Below are positions 1 to 14,236 of a DNA stretch of 64,000 nt, one piece after another (position 1 is the stretch's first letter; each line of letters starts with the position of its first letter). Below the pieces are notes generated by a model. That model was not told where the DNA came from. It did not search any database and was given only the letters and a program-made list of their open reading frames with translations. Source of the DNA: Raillietiella orientalis (taxonomy: Eukaryota); assembly GCA_036172245.1 (NCBI GenBank), contig JAYWIR010000010.1, forward strand, positions 4,402,001 through 4,466,000. Reading direction: 5' to 3'. Both the position numbers and the translations under genes were made by a program.

Positions 1-687
1 GAGACACACACTCGACCTCAGAGCTTAAGAACAACACCGTGTTCGGACGCATGCCGTGCCTTTCCCTATCTGAGACACGCAAATCCCCTTGAAGACGAAA
101 ATCGAACAGGAACAACCAGACTCGTCGCCTTTCCATTCCCACTTACGTTTTCTCTTCTTTTTTCTTGGATGGATTCACAGGTTTGCTCCGCGGGAAGAGC
201 GCCTAATCCACATGCATCTCGTAAGTTGCGGGGAAGTTCAAAGGGGGTCCCGATAAACCACAACATTTGTAGATAGGAAAGCTGAGCTGTCGGTGCTTCG
301 CCCCTTCGTTGTGAAGGGGTCACGGCTCTCGAAGACGTTGAGGGAAAGGACCGCACGGAACGCTTGCGAGACGATTCGCGCCGTCTCCACTGGCAACGCG
401 CTCAACAGTCTCTTGGTCAACCTACGTCGCTCCGCGCCCGAATGCGGAAGATCGCCACCCCGAAGGAAGAAAAGAAGCTAAGGCACACATCCTGCTCAAA
501 GAGCCACGCTGAGCCCGCCGGACGCTCCCCTTGCCACAGGAAGCAGAAAAGATGAGCCACGCGTGCCGAGAGTTTTTACGAACAGGTTCGTAGCCTCGCA
601 AGTTGCCGCCGGGGAGATTCGGGCGAGAGCTACCTCGAGTAGGGCAGATCCGCTCCTGCCTCAGTCGCAGGGGACGCCCGAGCTTAC

Positions 688-1316
688 CTTGGACGACGTG
701 AACACATCGTAGCTGGGAATTCCCGAGTTTCCTTTGTCGCCTTTCGGACCCTGGTAACCCTGGTCAAACAACACCATCAAAACCACATACACTACACTTT
801 TCGCCCGTCTTAACTGGTTCTCCCTTCATCCCGTTTAAGCCTGCTGGACCCTGAAATGCAAAACGGAAGAGGCATGGAAACTGGAAAAGGAAAAAAAGGG
901 GGATGGGTGGGAGAGGCAGATGATTTTGCGAACGCAAGGAAACACCCGATGGTCGGACTTTCGGAAAGGCGACGAGAGGGTTGCCACGTGAGCGCACGTT
1001 CGCATCCTCCCCTCCGCCGCCGCGCCCAGATGCTCGCCGCAACCCGATTCCCTACTCCGGGCGGCGGGACTTCCTTGCTTGCCAGGGAGAGGGCGCGTGC
1101 CGGATGCGCACGAACTTCCCATCGGGACTTTTCACGAGTGTCTCGGCTCGGACGCGGGGCTTCCAGGAGGACGCGGGCGCCGCTTCATCAGGAATTTCCC
1201 GGGAGCAGGGAGAGAAAGAGAGGGAGAGAGGAGCAGCATCCTTACCGGAGCACCAGGATCTCCAGGGAGGCCTCGCTCGCCTTTCTTGCCCCGCTTGCCC
1301 GGCGGCCCTTTCGCAC
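688..1316 (-). CDS. col-99: MACIT collagen exons 2-4 (Gly-X-Y COL1 domain); gene continues beyond the left edge of the window
   Basis: Exons 1316-1246 ((G)AKGPPGKRGKKGERGLPGDPGAP, phase 1 matching exon 1), 850-815 (GPAGLNGMKGEP) and 759-688 (GYQGPKGDKGNSGIPSYDVFTSSK). All have AG/GT boundaries and consistent phases. GPPGKRGK directly after CxCPxG is typical of MACITs. Further exons in 1-687 could not be resolved. Confidence 0.85.
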
Positions 1317-3376
1317 CTACACAAAGAGAAGAGAATCTGGGAGATGAGTTTGGGAAGCTGCTGCGCGCGCATGGAGGAGGGGGCAAAGCAGCGGGCAGAT
1401 GTGCCTTGCCCGGGTCCTCCGAGGAAGGGGACGTGCTCGCGCGCGCCAGTCCAGTAGCGAGGCGAAGGGGAGCGATGCGCTAGGCGCGACCAGGCGAGGG
1501 AAAGGGGAGACGCCTGCCGGACAAGGGCGCAAACTACTCTCTCCCTCCTCCTCCCCATCGCAAAAAAAAAAAAAAAATTGCTCGACTGCCTGTGTGTGTG
1601 TGTGTCTGAGGGAGGGGGTTTCACACTGTGCAGTATGGGCATGCGCGCTCGCTGATCGCACGGGCGAGCGAAAAGGAGGGGGGAGGAAGGGGAGAGGAAG
1701 AAGACGCACGGGACGGGGTCGGGTCACGCAGTTGCTGCGCGCCATCCATCAATTACAGCCGATTGGCGTGCAAACGCGAGCGAGCTTTTCCCGCAGTCAC
1801 GTGATGTGCAAGCTGGTGTTACCGCTGCGAGTAGCCATTGCCACTGCTCGCGCGCGCGTGCGCGATGGGTGACGAACGTCCACGACACACCCCGGCAGCA
1901 GCCACGTCGCTGCCCCTGCCCTTCCTTCGTCGCTCCCGGTAGGCGAGAACGTAGGGCACGGGTCGAGTTCCTCCTCTTCGCATAACCTCCGCCATCTCCA
2001 CACCCCCAGCTCCCCTGTGGCGGAGGGGCTCACTCGCCAAGACAGAGAGAGAGAGAGAAAAAAACTTTCCACGGTAGACAGCGCGGGCCGCTCTCGCGCG
2101 GGTGCGGCGGTGGTTTCGGATTCCTCCGCCCTACGATCGTCGCGCGCGCGTGAGAGAGAGGAGGGGGCCTCGAGCGGAGCGCCAGCAGGCGGAGAGTCCC
2201 GGCAACCGCGGATCGCGCGTTGCGCGGCGGCGTCGGGAGCGCATAGCCCCGCAACCGGTGCAGGGCACAAACCGCTGCCCCTTGCACAAACCGTCGCGTC
2301 GCTTCCGAGCGACACCGATCGCGTGCGACGGTGGATGGAAGGGGTGAACGGGTGCATCACAACACTTTTTTCTTCCAGTTCCTCTTTTCCAGTTCTCTCC
2401 ACTCCCCTTCCACCCCTCATCTATCGGAAGGATTTCGCGGATCGATGCTGCTCCCTCTTGCCCGCCGGGAGTTCGCGCTCTTCCTCCCCCCTTTTTTGCC
2501 GCTGGCGAAGATGGGGGGGGGGGGCACCGAATCCTAGCAGCCTCCGAGGGACGGGGCCGGAAGTCCTGTTTGCTCTTCGGCTGCTGCACGCGCGAGATGC
2601 CTCTCGTCGTGACCCTGGGGTGAAACTCCCCTCCCAGTCTCGGGGGAGGAAAGAAGGAAGCAGCAGCCGAGTGGACCGCAGAGGCCCCATGGCAAGAGAA
2701 TCCCGCAGTGGGGGGGGCCGCCCAAACTTCGGGACGGAGCTTCTTTCCGCCCTCTCCACCTGTTGCTGGTTCTCTACTCCTCCGACCGAAAAGCCTGCCC
2801 CCCGTTGGACAGTCACTGCGGGTCCCGCCTTCTGCTGATGGACGGAGGCGCTCGTCTCCCTTTCCTGCTACCCCTTCCCCAAGAGGGGAAGCGCCAGAGG
2901 GCCTCTCCACCTCCCTGGTCTCCGCTCACTCTGCCCATCCAGAGTCAGGAGCTTTCGAACGAGACGGAGTAGAGAGAAGGAGAAAAAGCAGGGGTGTCAT
3001 GGGATGTCTTCCCCCCCTCCCTCTCCCTCTTTTTTCCCTTCCCTTCTCCAGGAGGTGAAGCCGCCTTCGGGCACTACTGTACCCGGCACGTGTTGTCCCG
3101 CGCCGAGGTGGAGCTGTCCCGAAGGGAAGCGACGTCACTGCTGGAGGACAGGAGTCGTCGCGAACGGGCGCGTTTCCCTTGTCTTCCTTCCGAGGACCAC
3201 AGGCGACCGGTGGAGCTCTCGGAGCCGACGACGGTGGCGCTCCTGCACACTCACGGCGCCCCTCAGTTGCTGCCGCTGCTTCTAGCGGTGAGGCAGGCGG
3301 GCACCAAGGAGCGGCCGGTGCGTGGTCACGGGCTGAGAGGTCAGGGTCGCCTGGGTGAGAGCAGGAGGAGCTCCTC

Positions 3377-3600
3377 GTGATGGTGGCGGTTGCGACGATG
3401 ATGACTGCGCGCTGAAGGTGATGATAATGTCGATAATGAAGGTGATGGGTATGGTCAGAGTAGCGGGGTGATGATGATGATAATGGTAACGATGATGGTG
3501 ATGGTTGTGATGGTAACGCTTATGGTGGTGGCAATGATGATGATAGTAATGAAGATGTCGATGGTGGTTAGCGACGACAACGGGTAATATCGTATGATAG
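3377..3600. repeat. Degenerate (GAT/GGT)n trinucleotide repeat
   Basis: Imperfect GATGATGGT tract that generates spurious poly-His ORFs. Confidence 0.85.
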
Positions 3601-6600
3601 CGAGGAGATTTGGAAGCCCGCGGGACCGACCTCGAGAACCGACGGCGCCAGTAGCGTCCGACCCCCCCCCCTCCTCCTCGGCCCATTCTCCTGCTCCCCT
3701 GTTTGTCCCGGCGGCAGCGTCTGCCAGGGCCACACGACCCGGAGGGGGGAGACTGGGCTGGGGAAGACACCGCCTTGTCCGACGGACCGGGCCCTGCGGC
3801 GGCTTCTCCTGCGAGTTTGCGTGAAAGAGCCAGGGCAACCCTTGCGGCGCCGAGTGACCCGGCCGATGGGCCTCGGTTAATGGGACGGAGGGGGCATCCC
3901 GGATAGCGTAGAGGCGACGTGCAGCAGGGCCCTCGCGTTTGTCTGGACCTGGTTCAAGGCTGAGCGTTCCTCGTGCGTCCGGAGGTGGCGAAGACGGTGG
4001 CGAACAACCGAACAATGGAAAAAAAGAGAAAGGCAGCCGAGAGGGGAGGGCGCTTCCAGGCTCACCTTTGCGTGGAAGGTGGTATTGAAACCCCCCCCCC
4101 CCCACACACACCCGTCCACGAGTGCAAAGGAAGAGAGGCAGGGTGGGGGGAGGGCAGGACGGTTCGTTCCCGCTTGCTTTGCGCCGTGGTTTGAACGGAG
4201 CATCTGCCGGCCATAAACGAGCGGTCACGGTAGCTGGGGGGTCGTCACAATTGCCGCCTGCGCGGTCAAAGCAGAAGAGATCCGCATCCACCCACCAACT
4301 CACCCCCATTCTCCGAGCCGCTCGTACGGACGCTCCGTCGCGCACGAACAAGATCCAATGAGGGTGGAGAGCGATATGGGGGGGGGAGGGAAGGGGCGGT
4401 CGCTCCTTCCTCCAGGCGCCAAGGCTCGTCCCGAGGACGTTCTGAAAGCGATCTGCTTCCAGGGTCCCGTCGAAAAGGGCACGTTCGCGTCAGGAGGGTG
4501 GGTGAACGCCCTCCCCGCCGCCTCCTCCCGGGGTGGTTGGGTTTGCCCGCTTGGCAGCCTGGACGCCTGGAGGTAGCGCACCTGCAGCAGGGGAGCATCC
4601 TTCCCGCCCAGCCGCGCCGGTCAGGAGATCCGACAGGGAGTCCCTGGCGTGGGAGGGAAGGGGGGGGGGGTCAGGTCACCCTCGGCCAGTTCGATTTCCA
4701 AATCGGGTGCGACCCGACCGAAAGGATGCAAACCCCAGGAGGTTCCGGGGCTTGCGAGCAGGCGGCAGAGGGGCGGACCGTAGCCTCCCCGTGCCGGCGG
4801 GGGAGCGCTTCTGCTGATGCATCGGGAGGGGGGGGAGGGGGGAAAGGGGAGCGTCCTCGTCCTCTTTCCAGAGGACGGGCGTTCCTGACTCATCTGACCT
4901 CGCGTCTGGGAGTCGCCTGGGGCGGTTTGCGGCCTCCCGCTGGTCGGCGGACTGCAAGAGGGGGGGACTTCCCCTCCGGGATGGCCGACGGAGCTGCTGC
5001 TGCTGGGAGCACCAACGCGGGATGGAAGGCGCCGCGAGCCCAGCGGGAGGCCGCGACGCCCCTTCGAGGAAGCACGCGGCCTGCGACAGGACCTGACCCT
5101 GCGGGCGCCACGCCGCCGGCGTCGGCGGGAGCGACGGAGGCAAAAAACTGCGGCGGACGGGACAGGCGGGGTCCTTCGAAGATGAACGGCGAGGAGAACC
5201 TCCTGTCCGCTCACCTCGCTCCAGAAGAGCACCGGGTCGGAATGATTTAGGTAGCTATCGATTACAGCCGGTATCCCGTCGGAACGGAAAGGGTGGGTGG
5301 GAAGGACAGGTGGACGGGGAGGAGGAAGAAGCGGAAGCGCAGCGGCGACGGCGGCGGACGGAGCGCGCGCGCAGGTTGCAGGCGAGAGCGGGTCGACGCG
5401 CGAGCCGACGCCCAGAGGGCGAGGGAGAGAGGCGGGACGAAAGACGCGCCCACGCGCACGCTCCGCCGACCGGCCGGCCGGCCGGAGGCGGCGGCGGATC
5501 CAAACAGGTCGCTGAACGGCACTCGCGTGCTGCGCCAGAGAACGGCACCCCAGCCTCATGACGGTTGCCGGGGACACCAACACTCCGGCCTCCTCAAAAG
5601 AATCGTTCATCCGCACCAGAGCGAGTGAGAGCGGAGGAACTGACGCCCTGGATGGATCTCGCGATCAGGCCTTCGGGCGAGTGAGAACAGGGAAGAGGAG
5701 GAAGGCAGGAGGAGGAGAAGGAAGAGGAGGAAGGGATCGGTGTCCGCGCCAGCAAAGGGCGAAAGATGGCTGCGCACGACCACGGCAGATTCCCGAGGAC
5801 GCAGGTCATCGCCTCCCTTTCACCTGCCTACGGGAACCTACGCCGGACCTTCCCGGTGTTGCCTACCGCAGATGGTAGACGCGGGTTGTTCGGCATGCCG
5901 GGAGAAGCCTGTTAGGCTCCAGGGCACGCTGGCCTGCAAGACGGGAACAAGGGGATGGCGGCTGCTCTTATCGCGCGGGAGCGAGGCCGAGCGGGCGGGC
6001 GCGTGGGCGGACGGCTTGCTACGCAACGCGCAAGAAGAGGCGTCTCGTCCTGCCAGATGCCTCTAGCGGGGACCTCCCTCTCGTGCGCACATCCGTCGAA
6101 CTGCTCGCCATGTTGTCCTCCTCCACGCAGCCGTTCGTTCCCAAGGAGACAAGCGCGACGTCGCTTTCTCGCGTGGCTGCAGGCGCGAGCTGGCTCCTCA
6201 TCTCGCAGGAGCGAGATCAAGGTCGGGTCAGGGTCCGGGATCGCGCGCGCAAGTGCCAGCGGCCGGCAAGGAAGGGGGGGGGGGGTTCCTGTGGGAACCG
6301 CGGCGGGGGAGGGAAACCGCGGAGGTGGCGCGAAATCCGGAGCCGCTACCGACCCGTCAGCGGAACTCGGCGCGGGAGGAAAGCAGCGGCCGCGCTGCTG
6401 CTGCCTCGCGGTCAAACCGTCCCTGCCGCGGGTGGGTGGGGTTGAACTTGCGTGTCGGGTGCTCGGCCTCCTGCCTGGGGATGGTGGCTGGGGACGGAGA
6501 AAGAGGAGGAGGAGAGGGAAGGGAGAAAGAGCGCGTCTTAGCTCTCGTTCTTTCAGAAGCTGCTTCTCGGAGGGGTCTTGGCAACGGGGGTGGGAGTGAG

Positions 6601-7989
6601 GTGGAAAGGAACCCTCTTTCCCCGCTCGCTCGCGTTTCCCGGAAACTCAGCGAGTACCCTTCGCTCCGCGCCCGGGTGCTCCGAACGTTTCCGGTCCGGT
6701 GACGTAAGGGCGGCCCGCGCGCGCCGTCTCGATGGTGCGAGCGGTGCCGCACGACGCGACGACACGGAACAATTTCCGAGCAGCAACTCCTTGCTGAAGG
6801 CGGCGGCTTCTTCCCGCACGTCTTCGCTCCCACCCTCCTCCTCTCGTGAGCGCTGCCGTGACTTGCAGCGCCGCCCCGGAGCGCGCGCGCTGCCATCCCA
6901 CCTCTCGGACCGCCTTTCCACGCGCGCGGCGAGCGCGAGAGCCCCGCCGCCTGCTGCAGCGGCCGAAAGAGAGAACAAAAACGGAGGGCGGCGCGGGACC
7001 CGGGCGGATGGCGGTCGTCCAGCGTCTCGTGGCTGCCCCCCTTTGCGTGCTTCGAGCCGGGCCCCGTGCCGTCGAGGGCTGCACTGCGGCACTGCTTGTC
7101 CCCCCACTGCATCCGAGCTGGACGTGCACTCGTACTTCGATGGCATCTGACCCCGCACCTCTCTTGATGGGAGTTCCGGCTCCGACCCTGGTCAGCGACA
7201 TTGCCTGCTGCCTGTCTCTTCCTTCTTCTGAGGTGCTTCCCAATTTCCATCAGTTGGGTTCGCGCCTTCCTTGGCTTCGCCCAGCCGCCCTTGAGAAAGG
7301 AAAACCCGCGATTGTTTCGATCCCATTTTGAATATCTCCATCTTATTTCATTTTATTTTTTTAGAAAAAAATAGCAAAACGCTAAATAACCGAAGGTGGA
7401 AAAGTGCAAAAGAAGAACTCAGAAAAAAAAAAAACTTTTATATAACGCCGTGAAATCCAAATGCACCACAACTCTCCTAAATCCAGTTCACGTCATAAAC
7501 CCGTCACTGGTGTGTCTTCCAGCCAGAAGAGCACCAGTGATGGATCATCAGTCATGTCTCTGGATCATGACGGCATGCCTAAAATTATGAACGCTACATC
7601 ACCGGCATACAATCGTCATTACACATTCGAATAGAGCTTCGGGGATCGAACACGCCGGTAAATCACTCCACGCTCTGCACCCTTTCTTCCCTCACGCATT
7701 CACGTGCGTGATCCACGGCCTGCACATTTTTGTTCCCCTCATCCCGTCCACTGTTCGCTTGCGTAAACAGACAATAGCAAAATACAGTCGGCTGATGATG
7801 AAGTAAGAATTGCGGCCATCGGCGACTGCCAACCCACTCTCCCAGATGAAGGCTCACAATTACGGCATCGTCGTGCGACGGCCCATCGAGCACGTAATGA
7901 ACCCTCCCTGGCTTTCGCCATTGCAATATCTCATTAGTGATGAACAAGGAAGCTCGCACTCTATCGCAGTCGGGTTGTCCTTCGCGGCC

Positions 7990-8260
7990 GGAGTTACATA
8001 ACATAAAATGCTTTCGTCACTTCACGAATGCAGATGTGGTCAGAGGCCGTCACAAAGGCGGATGGAAAGAGAAGAAAAGCTCGAGGCTGCTCGGTACATA
8101 GGTACTGCGCTCCATAAACGTTAAGTACGGGAATAAGGTGGTTTTGGAAGCCCATCTTTCCAAGGAACTGGATGGAGGTGCCGGCTCCATCTCTGGAGCT
8201 CGTCTCAGCAGCATCCTGTGGCAGTCCATCCATATGTGTTTCTCACCATCCTTCCCTTGC
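7990..8260 (-). mobile_element. hAT transposase C-terminal dimerisation-domain remnant
   Basis: LERWASKTTLFPYLTFM, then across a frameshift AQYLC...LFPSAFVTASDH. This resembles hAT 'WW......FP.L...A..YL..P...ER.FS.AG....D.R'. Confidence 0.45.
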
Positions 8261-10964
8261 AAGAGGAGTCTTTCGACGAGCAAGGGTTCATCCTCAGCCG
8301 GCACAGATTTTCTCGATCCCCTCCCCCTCCCCCGCTTCTTCAAAATTAAAAAGGGAAACCTAAGTTGCAAACATATTCATGCGGAGAGCTTTTCATGGGG
8401 GATCCTTGAGAGCATCTATCGTCGTTAATAGATCAGGTCTTTGTAAACAATGTTGCTAGGGAATTCACTATCGACCAATCACGAGACGTTTTCGCATCCA
8501 TTGTTTGATGTGGAACACAATTGGTCGCAACTATGCAGGAACACCGTGTGGCAAGAGTGGCAGGTTCGGAAGCAAGACACGGAAAGCACGTAGAGGTACG
8601 GTGTGCAACCACGCACAAGAAGCCAAAAACAAAAGTGGTCATAACGGTACCCTTCCCCCCCTTCCTCCCAAAGTCAGGTACCGATTCGCTTCCCCCCCCC
8701 CTTCTCCCTCCTGCGGGGATCCGATGCGATTTTTAACGATGAGAACAGAATGTTCACACATTTGTCAGCATCCTCGAACGAAGAAGATCAACGAAGAGTT
8801 CGTTAAAGAATAGAAAAAAAATCACAGGGAAAACGAAGAGCCGAGGTGTCAGAGATCTGAATTGGTCGCTCAGTGTTCGTCGAAAGCGCTTGGTCTCTTC
8901 CGCCTAGTTCGCGACAGGCCCTCCCCCCCCCCACCTTGTGCAACTTGCTCCAGTGGAAAACTCAGCGGAAGCAAGAAGAGTCTGGCTCTTCCGAAAGATC
9001 ATCATTCATCACAACTTGGCAATTAGTTCGTCCAAAGGACTCATTAAATCATCGAAAGCACCTGTGTAATTGGAAATATCCTGCCCGTAAAGAACTATCC
9101 GGGATGAGTTTGCCGACGCAGATGGGATATTCATCTAGAATGGAGGAGGGAATTGACTCCGATCTTCTCAAGATCTCTCTCCGACAAAAGGAAAAAAAAG
9201 GAGCTAGATTTTTGAAAGCATGGTCTCCGCCTCAAGCCGATTTTGCATCTTCCACAGATCAGGTGTTTTCCACACCATCCTCCCACCATCACCGCACACA
9301 CACGCACAGTATGTCTTCAGCCTGCTTTACAAACGTGAGAGAAAAAAAAGGAACCGCGTGTGCGAGAGAGCTTGCAAATGGTTGGCAACACTGAAAGCTG
9401 CCTACCGGAGAAATTTGCATCTAAAGCGTTGCGCGCGCGCGTTTCTTCGGCTTTCCTTTTTGTTTTTATTTTTTAAAAAATGGAAAGATGCACGAGCAGA
9501 CACCGTTGAGGAGGACACGGCACCAGAGAAACTCAGCTGGTGTTGTAAATGTCACGTGCGCCACATGCTGTAGTGTTTGTTTTTACTACCACGGGCAAAA
9601 ATACTTATAGATATAACCGAGTAAAATTTGTGTGTGTGTGTGTGTTTTTGTTAAAAGGCGATCGTTTTTTTTTTTTTTTATCCCTCAGTTGTCACCTCCA
9701 CGTCTCCTACTGTTTATTCATAATTTCCTGTTCCGAGACGTGCACGGAGAGAGCTTTGGCATGTATCGTGCACGCTTCCCGCATCGCGAGTGGCGAGAGT
9801 GTTGCCGGTGTGTGCGTGTGCACACAAGAGATGCGAAAGAGGCTGGAAGATCCGCGGCGAGCAGCGAGGTAATCTGTCGCATGCATTTCGCTTCGAGTTC
9901 TGTTTGCCTTCCCGTGAATGATGGCCATGTGCGCGCGCGTCTTCGCAGCAGCAGCAGCAGCAGCAGGAAGCGCGCGCACTTGCCAACCAGTCGGCCTGAC
10001 ACCGAAGGGAGCACGCATCGGACACACACGCGGAATCAGACAGCAATAAAAAAGGAAGGGAGGAAAAAAGGGGGGGGGGAGGGAAGATGCGTAAATAATT
10101 CGTCCGGAGTTTCGCGCAAGACGGAAGGATTCTTTTCGAGAGATGAACGGTATCGTACGATCGGCATGCATTGGAAAGAAAGCGAGAAGAAGCCTCCTTG
10201 AGGAAGGGACGGCAGCTCTGCAAGAAAGCTCGGGGGTGCGAGGTGAAGGCGGGTGAAAATCCTCACCTACGAAGACGACGGTTCCATTGCGGATTTAAGC
10301 ATAGGGAGGGAAGCAGGGCGTGGGCTGCGATGAAATTGAGTTTCCGTTTGGGGAAGCATGCTGGGATTTCGCTTCGCGGGCTCACTAGGCAACCGTGAGG
10401 TCACAGCTGACCTTCAGCCGAAACTTCGTGCACCACACGGAAACAAAAATTATCCAGCTTCGTGGACAGTGGTGCAATTTCAGCTTCTGCCTGCGCCAGA
10501 GAACTCTTGGAGAGCGAGGCGCGAAACGGTAATTTGCAGCTTCCGAGTCACCCGTTCCATCTGGGAACTCCTCGAGTCACGACTTTCACGCTGCTGGCTC
10601 CACGACTTCCAGGTTCGGATCTTTAAGCAGCGGATGCTATGCAAATACGCATCGAGAAGAAAACGCACGGCAAAACGCGCGCGAATAACGGACATCGAGA
10701 AGCAGCAGTTCCAAAGAAAAAGTTAAGTGACAGAAAATCCGTGGTCTCAACAGCGTTTTCGGGTGAGTGGCTGCAACTCGTGTTTAAGCGAGCCATTCGA
10801 ATGCAAAAACATGAGCGAGAGATCCCCCTCCCCTCCCCGGAAAAAAAAAAAAAAAAAAAAAAACTGACCTCAAAATCGGATGCGTTCAGGAAACCGAAAC
10901 GACAGAACGAAAAAAATGCGCATCACCTGAGGTCCAGGGCACGAGTAAGCGAGCGGGCAGCAGG

Positions 10965-11466
10965 ACAAGCTCTCTCAGAGAAGTGACCAGGCGAGCAGCT
11001 GGCTCCTTGCCTGTTTGACCGTGCGCATCCCTGCAGCAGCCGGGAATCTCGGGAACCAGCTCTCGAGCAAGTGCATGGCATCGTCCGAAGCCAAGGCAGC
11101 CAGGATATCTCGCGGGCGCCTCTGGCTCCCTGCGAGCGACCGAGCGCAGGGATGACCACCCCCGGCCTCGCGCAAGCTCGCCGCTCGGGCGAGCCGACTC
11201 GAAGCGGCGGCGACCAAAGTCCTCCTGCGCCGAGTGGAAGGCTGCGGGTTCGAATCTCCACGGCGCTCGCCCCAACGAAACGGAAGCGCTTGAGAACGGG
11301 AAAGCGCGCGTCTTCGCAACAGCGGCAGGGAGGGCGGCACTTGCGAACCACCGAAGGAACCACGCGAGGAACCGGACACACGCGCCGAACCAGACAACAT
11401 GGAGTCTTACAACAAGCTTTCTCAGAGAAGTGACCAGGCGAGCGGCCGGCTGTTTGACCGTGTGCA
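10965..11466. repeat. ~55-60 bp direct repeats (10965-11027 and 11412-11466)
   Basis: ACAAGCTYTCTCAGAGAAGTGACCAGGCGAGC...CTGTTTGACCGTGYGCA occurs twice, 447 bp apart. Confidence 0.9.
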
Positions 11467-14184
11467 CCGCCGACGATTTTGATGGCTGTGCACGCATGGC
11501 GCATCGGCATTTGACGGAAAGTTCAGACAGACCGTGCAAGAGCTGCGTGCTGCAACTCCTAGGAATGCGTGCTGAGCACAGCGGGGAACGCCAGTGCTCT
11601 TGCAGAAACCCTTTGGACGTCCTCGAAGGCTCCTTGAGGTGTGTGGATGCCATACCGATGAGGCAAGAAACGGAGATGAGTGGAATGCAAGTTATGCATG
11701 CTGCACGTTAGACAGCGTGCATGCAGATTGAGCTGCTTGCTTTTGTTTTCCTTTCTTCTTCTCCCACCGGCATTACTAGCATCACCATGAGCGCACCACG
11801 AGCTACCCAGACCTACAAAGTGCCTGCTTTCTTCCGTCGAGCCCGTCAGCGTGCACGCTGGAAGTCACAGGAGCGGCAGGCTCCCTGTGTTGTCTCCCTA
11901 ATTTCTCCGCTGGCACTCATATTCACCATCTTGGCAAGATTGACCAGCCATCGACCACTTAGGAACACCAAACGCACTAAGGTGGCCTCATGCCTTCCCT
12001 AGCATGCCCCCATTCCCGCACCGAAACCCATAACGCTGTGCTGCCGTTCGTACTCCAAAATTCATACTCCCTCATTACAGAATACCCCATTCTTGACCTT
12101 GACCACCATCTGCGCACTAATTCTGCACAACGTCCTCATTTACATTAGAAATGCACATAGCAGGCCCCGGTCAGTAAACAGCTGACCACCAATTCAGATC
12201 CTGCGCACGGTGCTAAGATCCGAAGGGAGCGGTTCGGCGCCAGCCTGGCGCTGCGTCCATCGAGGGAGGAGATGAGGGTCGCACGGATTTCGAGCGGGAG
12301 GCCTTCCTGTCATGCTTCCCGGAGACCTCAGTTTTCCGGGCACCAGTGGATTCAGAAAGGCAGCGGAACCCTTCCTTTCGAGGAGTGCGCCCGAACCTTC
12401 TCGGTGAGCAGCGCAGCAACGCTCTGCAGCCCTAGGGACGTCGCATTCACCGATTCTTCCAGATCACGGGAACGGCGAGGTCCACGAAGAGTGCCGAAAA
12501 GTGACGGAATGGCTGCCGCACGCTCAGCTTTACGGATGCTGTGCTTCGAAATCCCCATTCATGCTGTCCCGTTCCCTTTCGCGGCGCGCGTTGCGGGCGT
12601 GCCCGAGACTCATTGCACATCTCCCGAAACGGGGTCTCGTCCAGCCGAAGCATTTCGAGACTGCGAGCGTGGGATGGGAACAACAAAGGATGGAGATGCT
12701 CCCGGGGGATCCGAAATTCCAACTCCACGTCCGACGCAGCGGGACGGGGAAAGCGTCTGCAGCGCGCCCACCCTTTCTTTCTTTTTCGTGTTCCTCTGAG
12801 AAGTGCTTGGGAGCCAAAAGGCGTCGAAACATCAAACGCGACTGCGCCTCCTTTGATGCGAGGCTCTCTCATTGTGGACATCACTACTCGAGGCAGCAGG
12901 TAATCTGTTGATGCCAACGCATCATCATGAGAAGGAGCGGTAAAATGGGAACGCGAGAAAAATCTCTCCATTTCATCTGTTTCAAGCGAACTCGAAAGGG
13001 AAGGAAGAGAAGAAGGAGAGGAAAAAAAAAAAAACACACACACACACACACAAAAGAAAAGGAAAACAAAAAAAGCAAAAACAAATGGGGGACAGACGAC
13101 CTCAAAGATAAGCGAACAGACCGCAGTGATCATTAGAATTAAACAGATGCATCCACGATGACAGTTCTATAGATCAAGTGGCTTTCCGCATGACGGCAGG
13201 GTCATTCCGGGCTGTTGTGTTCTCTGGAGATTGAACCGGATGCGCACGATTCGGGACGTGGAACGGAGTCACGACTTTTTCCCATCTCCCATCCTCATCT
13301 GTTTATTTTTTTAAGCCCCCGCTCGCGAGATCCGACGTCTTCACCTGTCCGGAGAGGAGAACTCCGGAATCGGAATGGCAATTATGGGCGAGCTGCTGGA
13401 TGGGAAGCATCGTGCTGAACGCGCGCCATCCGTTTCCTCGCTCCCATCCATTTTTCAAAGCCTCCCGTGGAAATTCCTCCCGGATGGCACGGAGCTGGAG
13501 CGGGGAACAAATCATGGAGATCCACCTGTCTTCCTCTGCTTGGGCGAAGTTCCCTCCTCGCTTCGGGACGATCGAATTTCGAGCGCTCCTCCTCGGTCGC
13601 GGATCGAGGAATTCTCCGGTGAGGTCCGGCTGCAGGGAGCCGCACGTCTTCCCAGGAACCACGGTCTCGGCGCAGATCAATAACCATTAAACGAAAATGC
13701 TCCGCTCTGTGGTTCTCGCGTTTCGTTTCCGAAATCAATTTTGGCGCAACAATAAAGAGTGGGGCTTGCTGCCCCCTCCCCACTCCTCCCCCCTGCCTGT
13801 CGTACGCTCATGACTGAGGTACGTGCGAGGCAGCCTTCGGATACTACTGTGCTTGTTTAACGATTCCTCAAGAGCGTATCGAGACGGGGAAATCATTCAT
13901 TCATCCGCTGAAGGTAGGTGATTTATGGGGAGATGCCGTCGGGTGCGGGATTGCGGATGCAAATCGTGCTCACGAGGCGCAGGTGGCATGCAAATGATAG
14001 ATCTTAAAAGTTCGCATTTGGGGCCGCATTATCGCTCACGTCACCAAGGGAACGATGGGCTTGCCGCCATATCGGTTTCCCCGCTGTTGGCCGTCGTCGC
14101 CGCCTAACCGCTCTTCCCTCCCAGCGAGAGGAGGGAGCTGCCCGCTGCCGTGCGCAGCAGCGGCATCTCACGCGTGCATGCAGG

Positions 14185-14198
14185 GTACGCGCGCGCGC

Positions 14199-14229
<31 letters not shown>

Positions 14230-14236
14230 TGTGTGT
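14185..14236. repeat. Compound (CG)n(TG)n microsatellite
   Basis: Uninterrupted ~52 bp of alternating purine-pyrimidine. Confidence 0.95.

Noticed and set aside
3282..3770. His-rich protein ORF
   Set aside because: It is the translation of a degenerate (ATC)n microsatellite.
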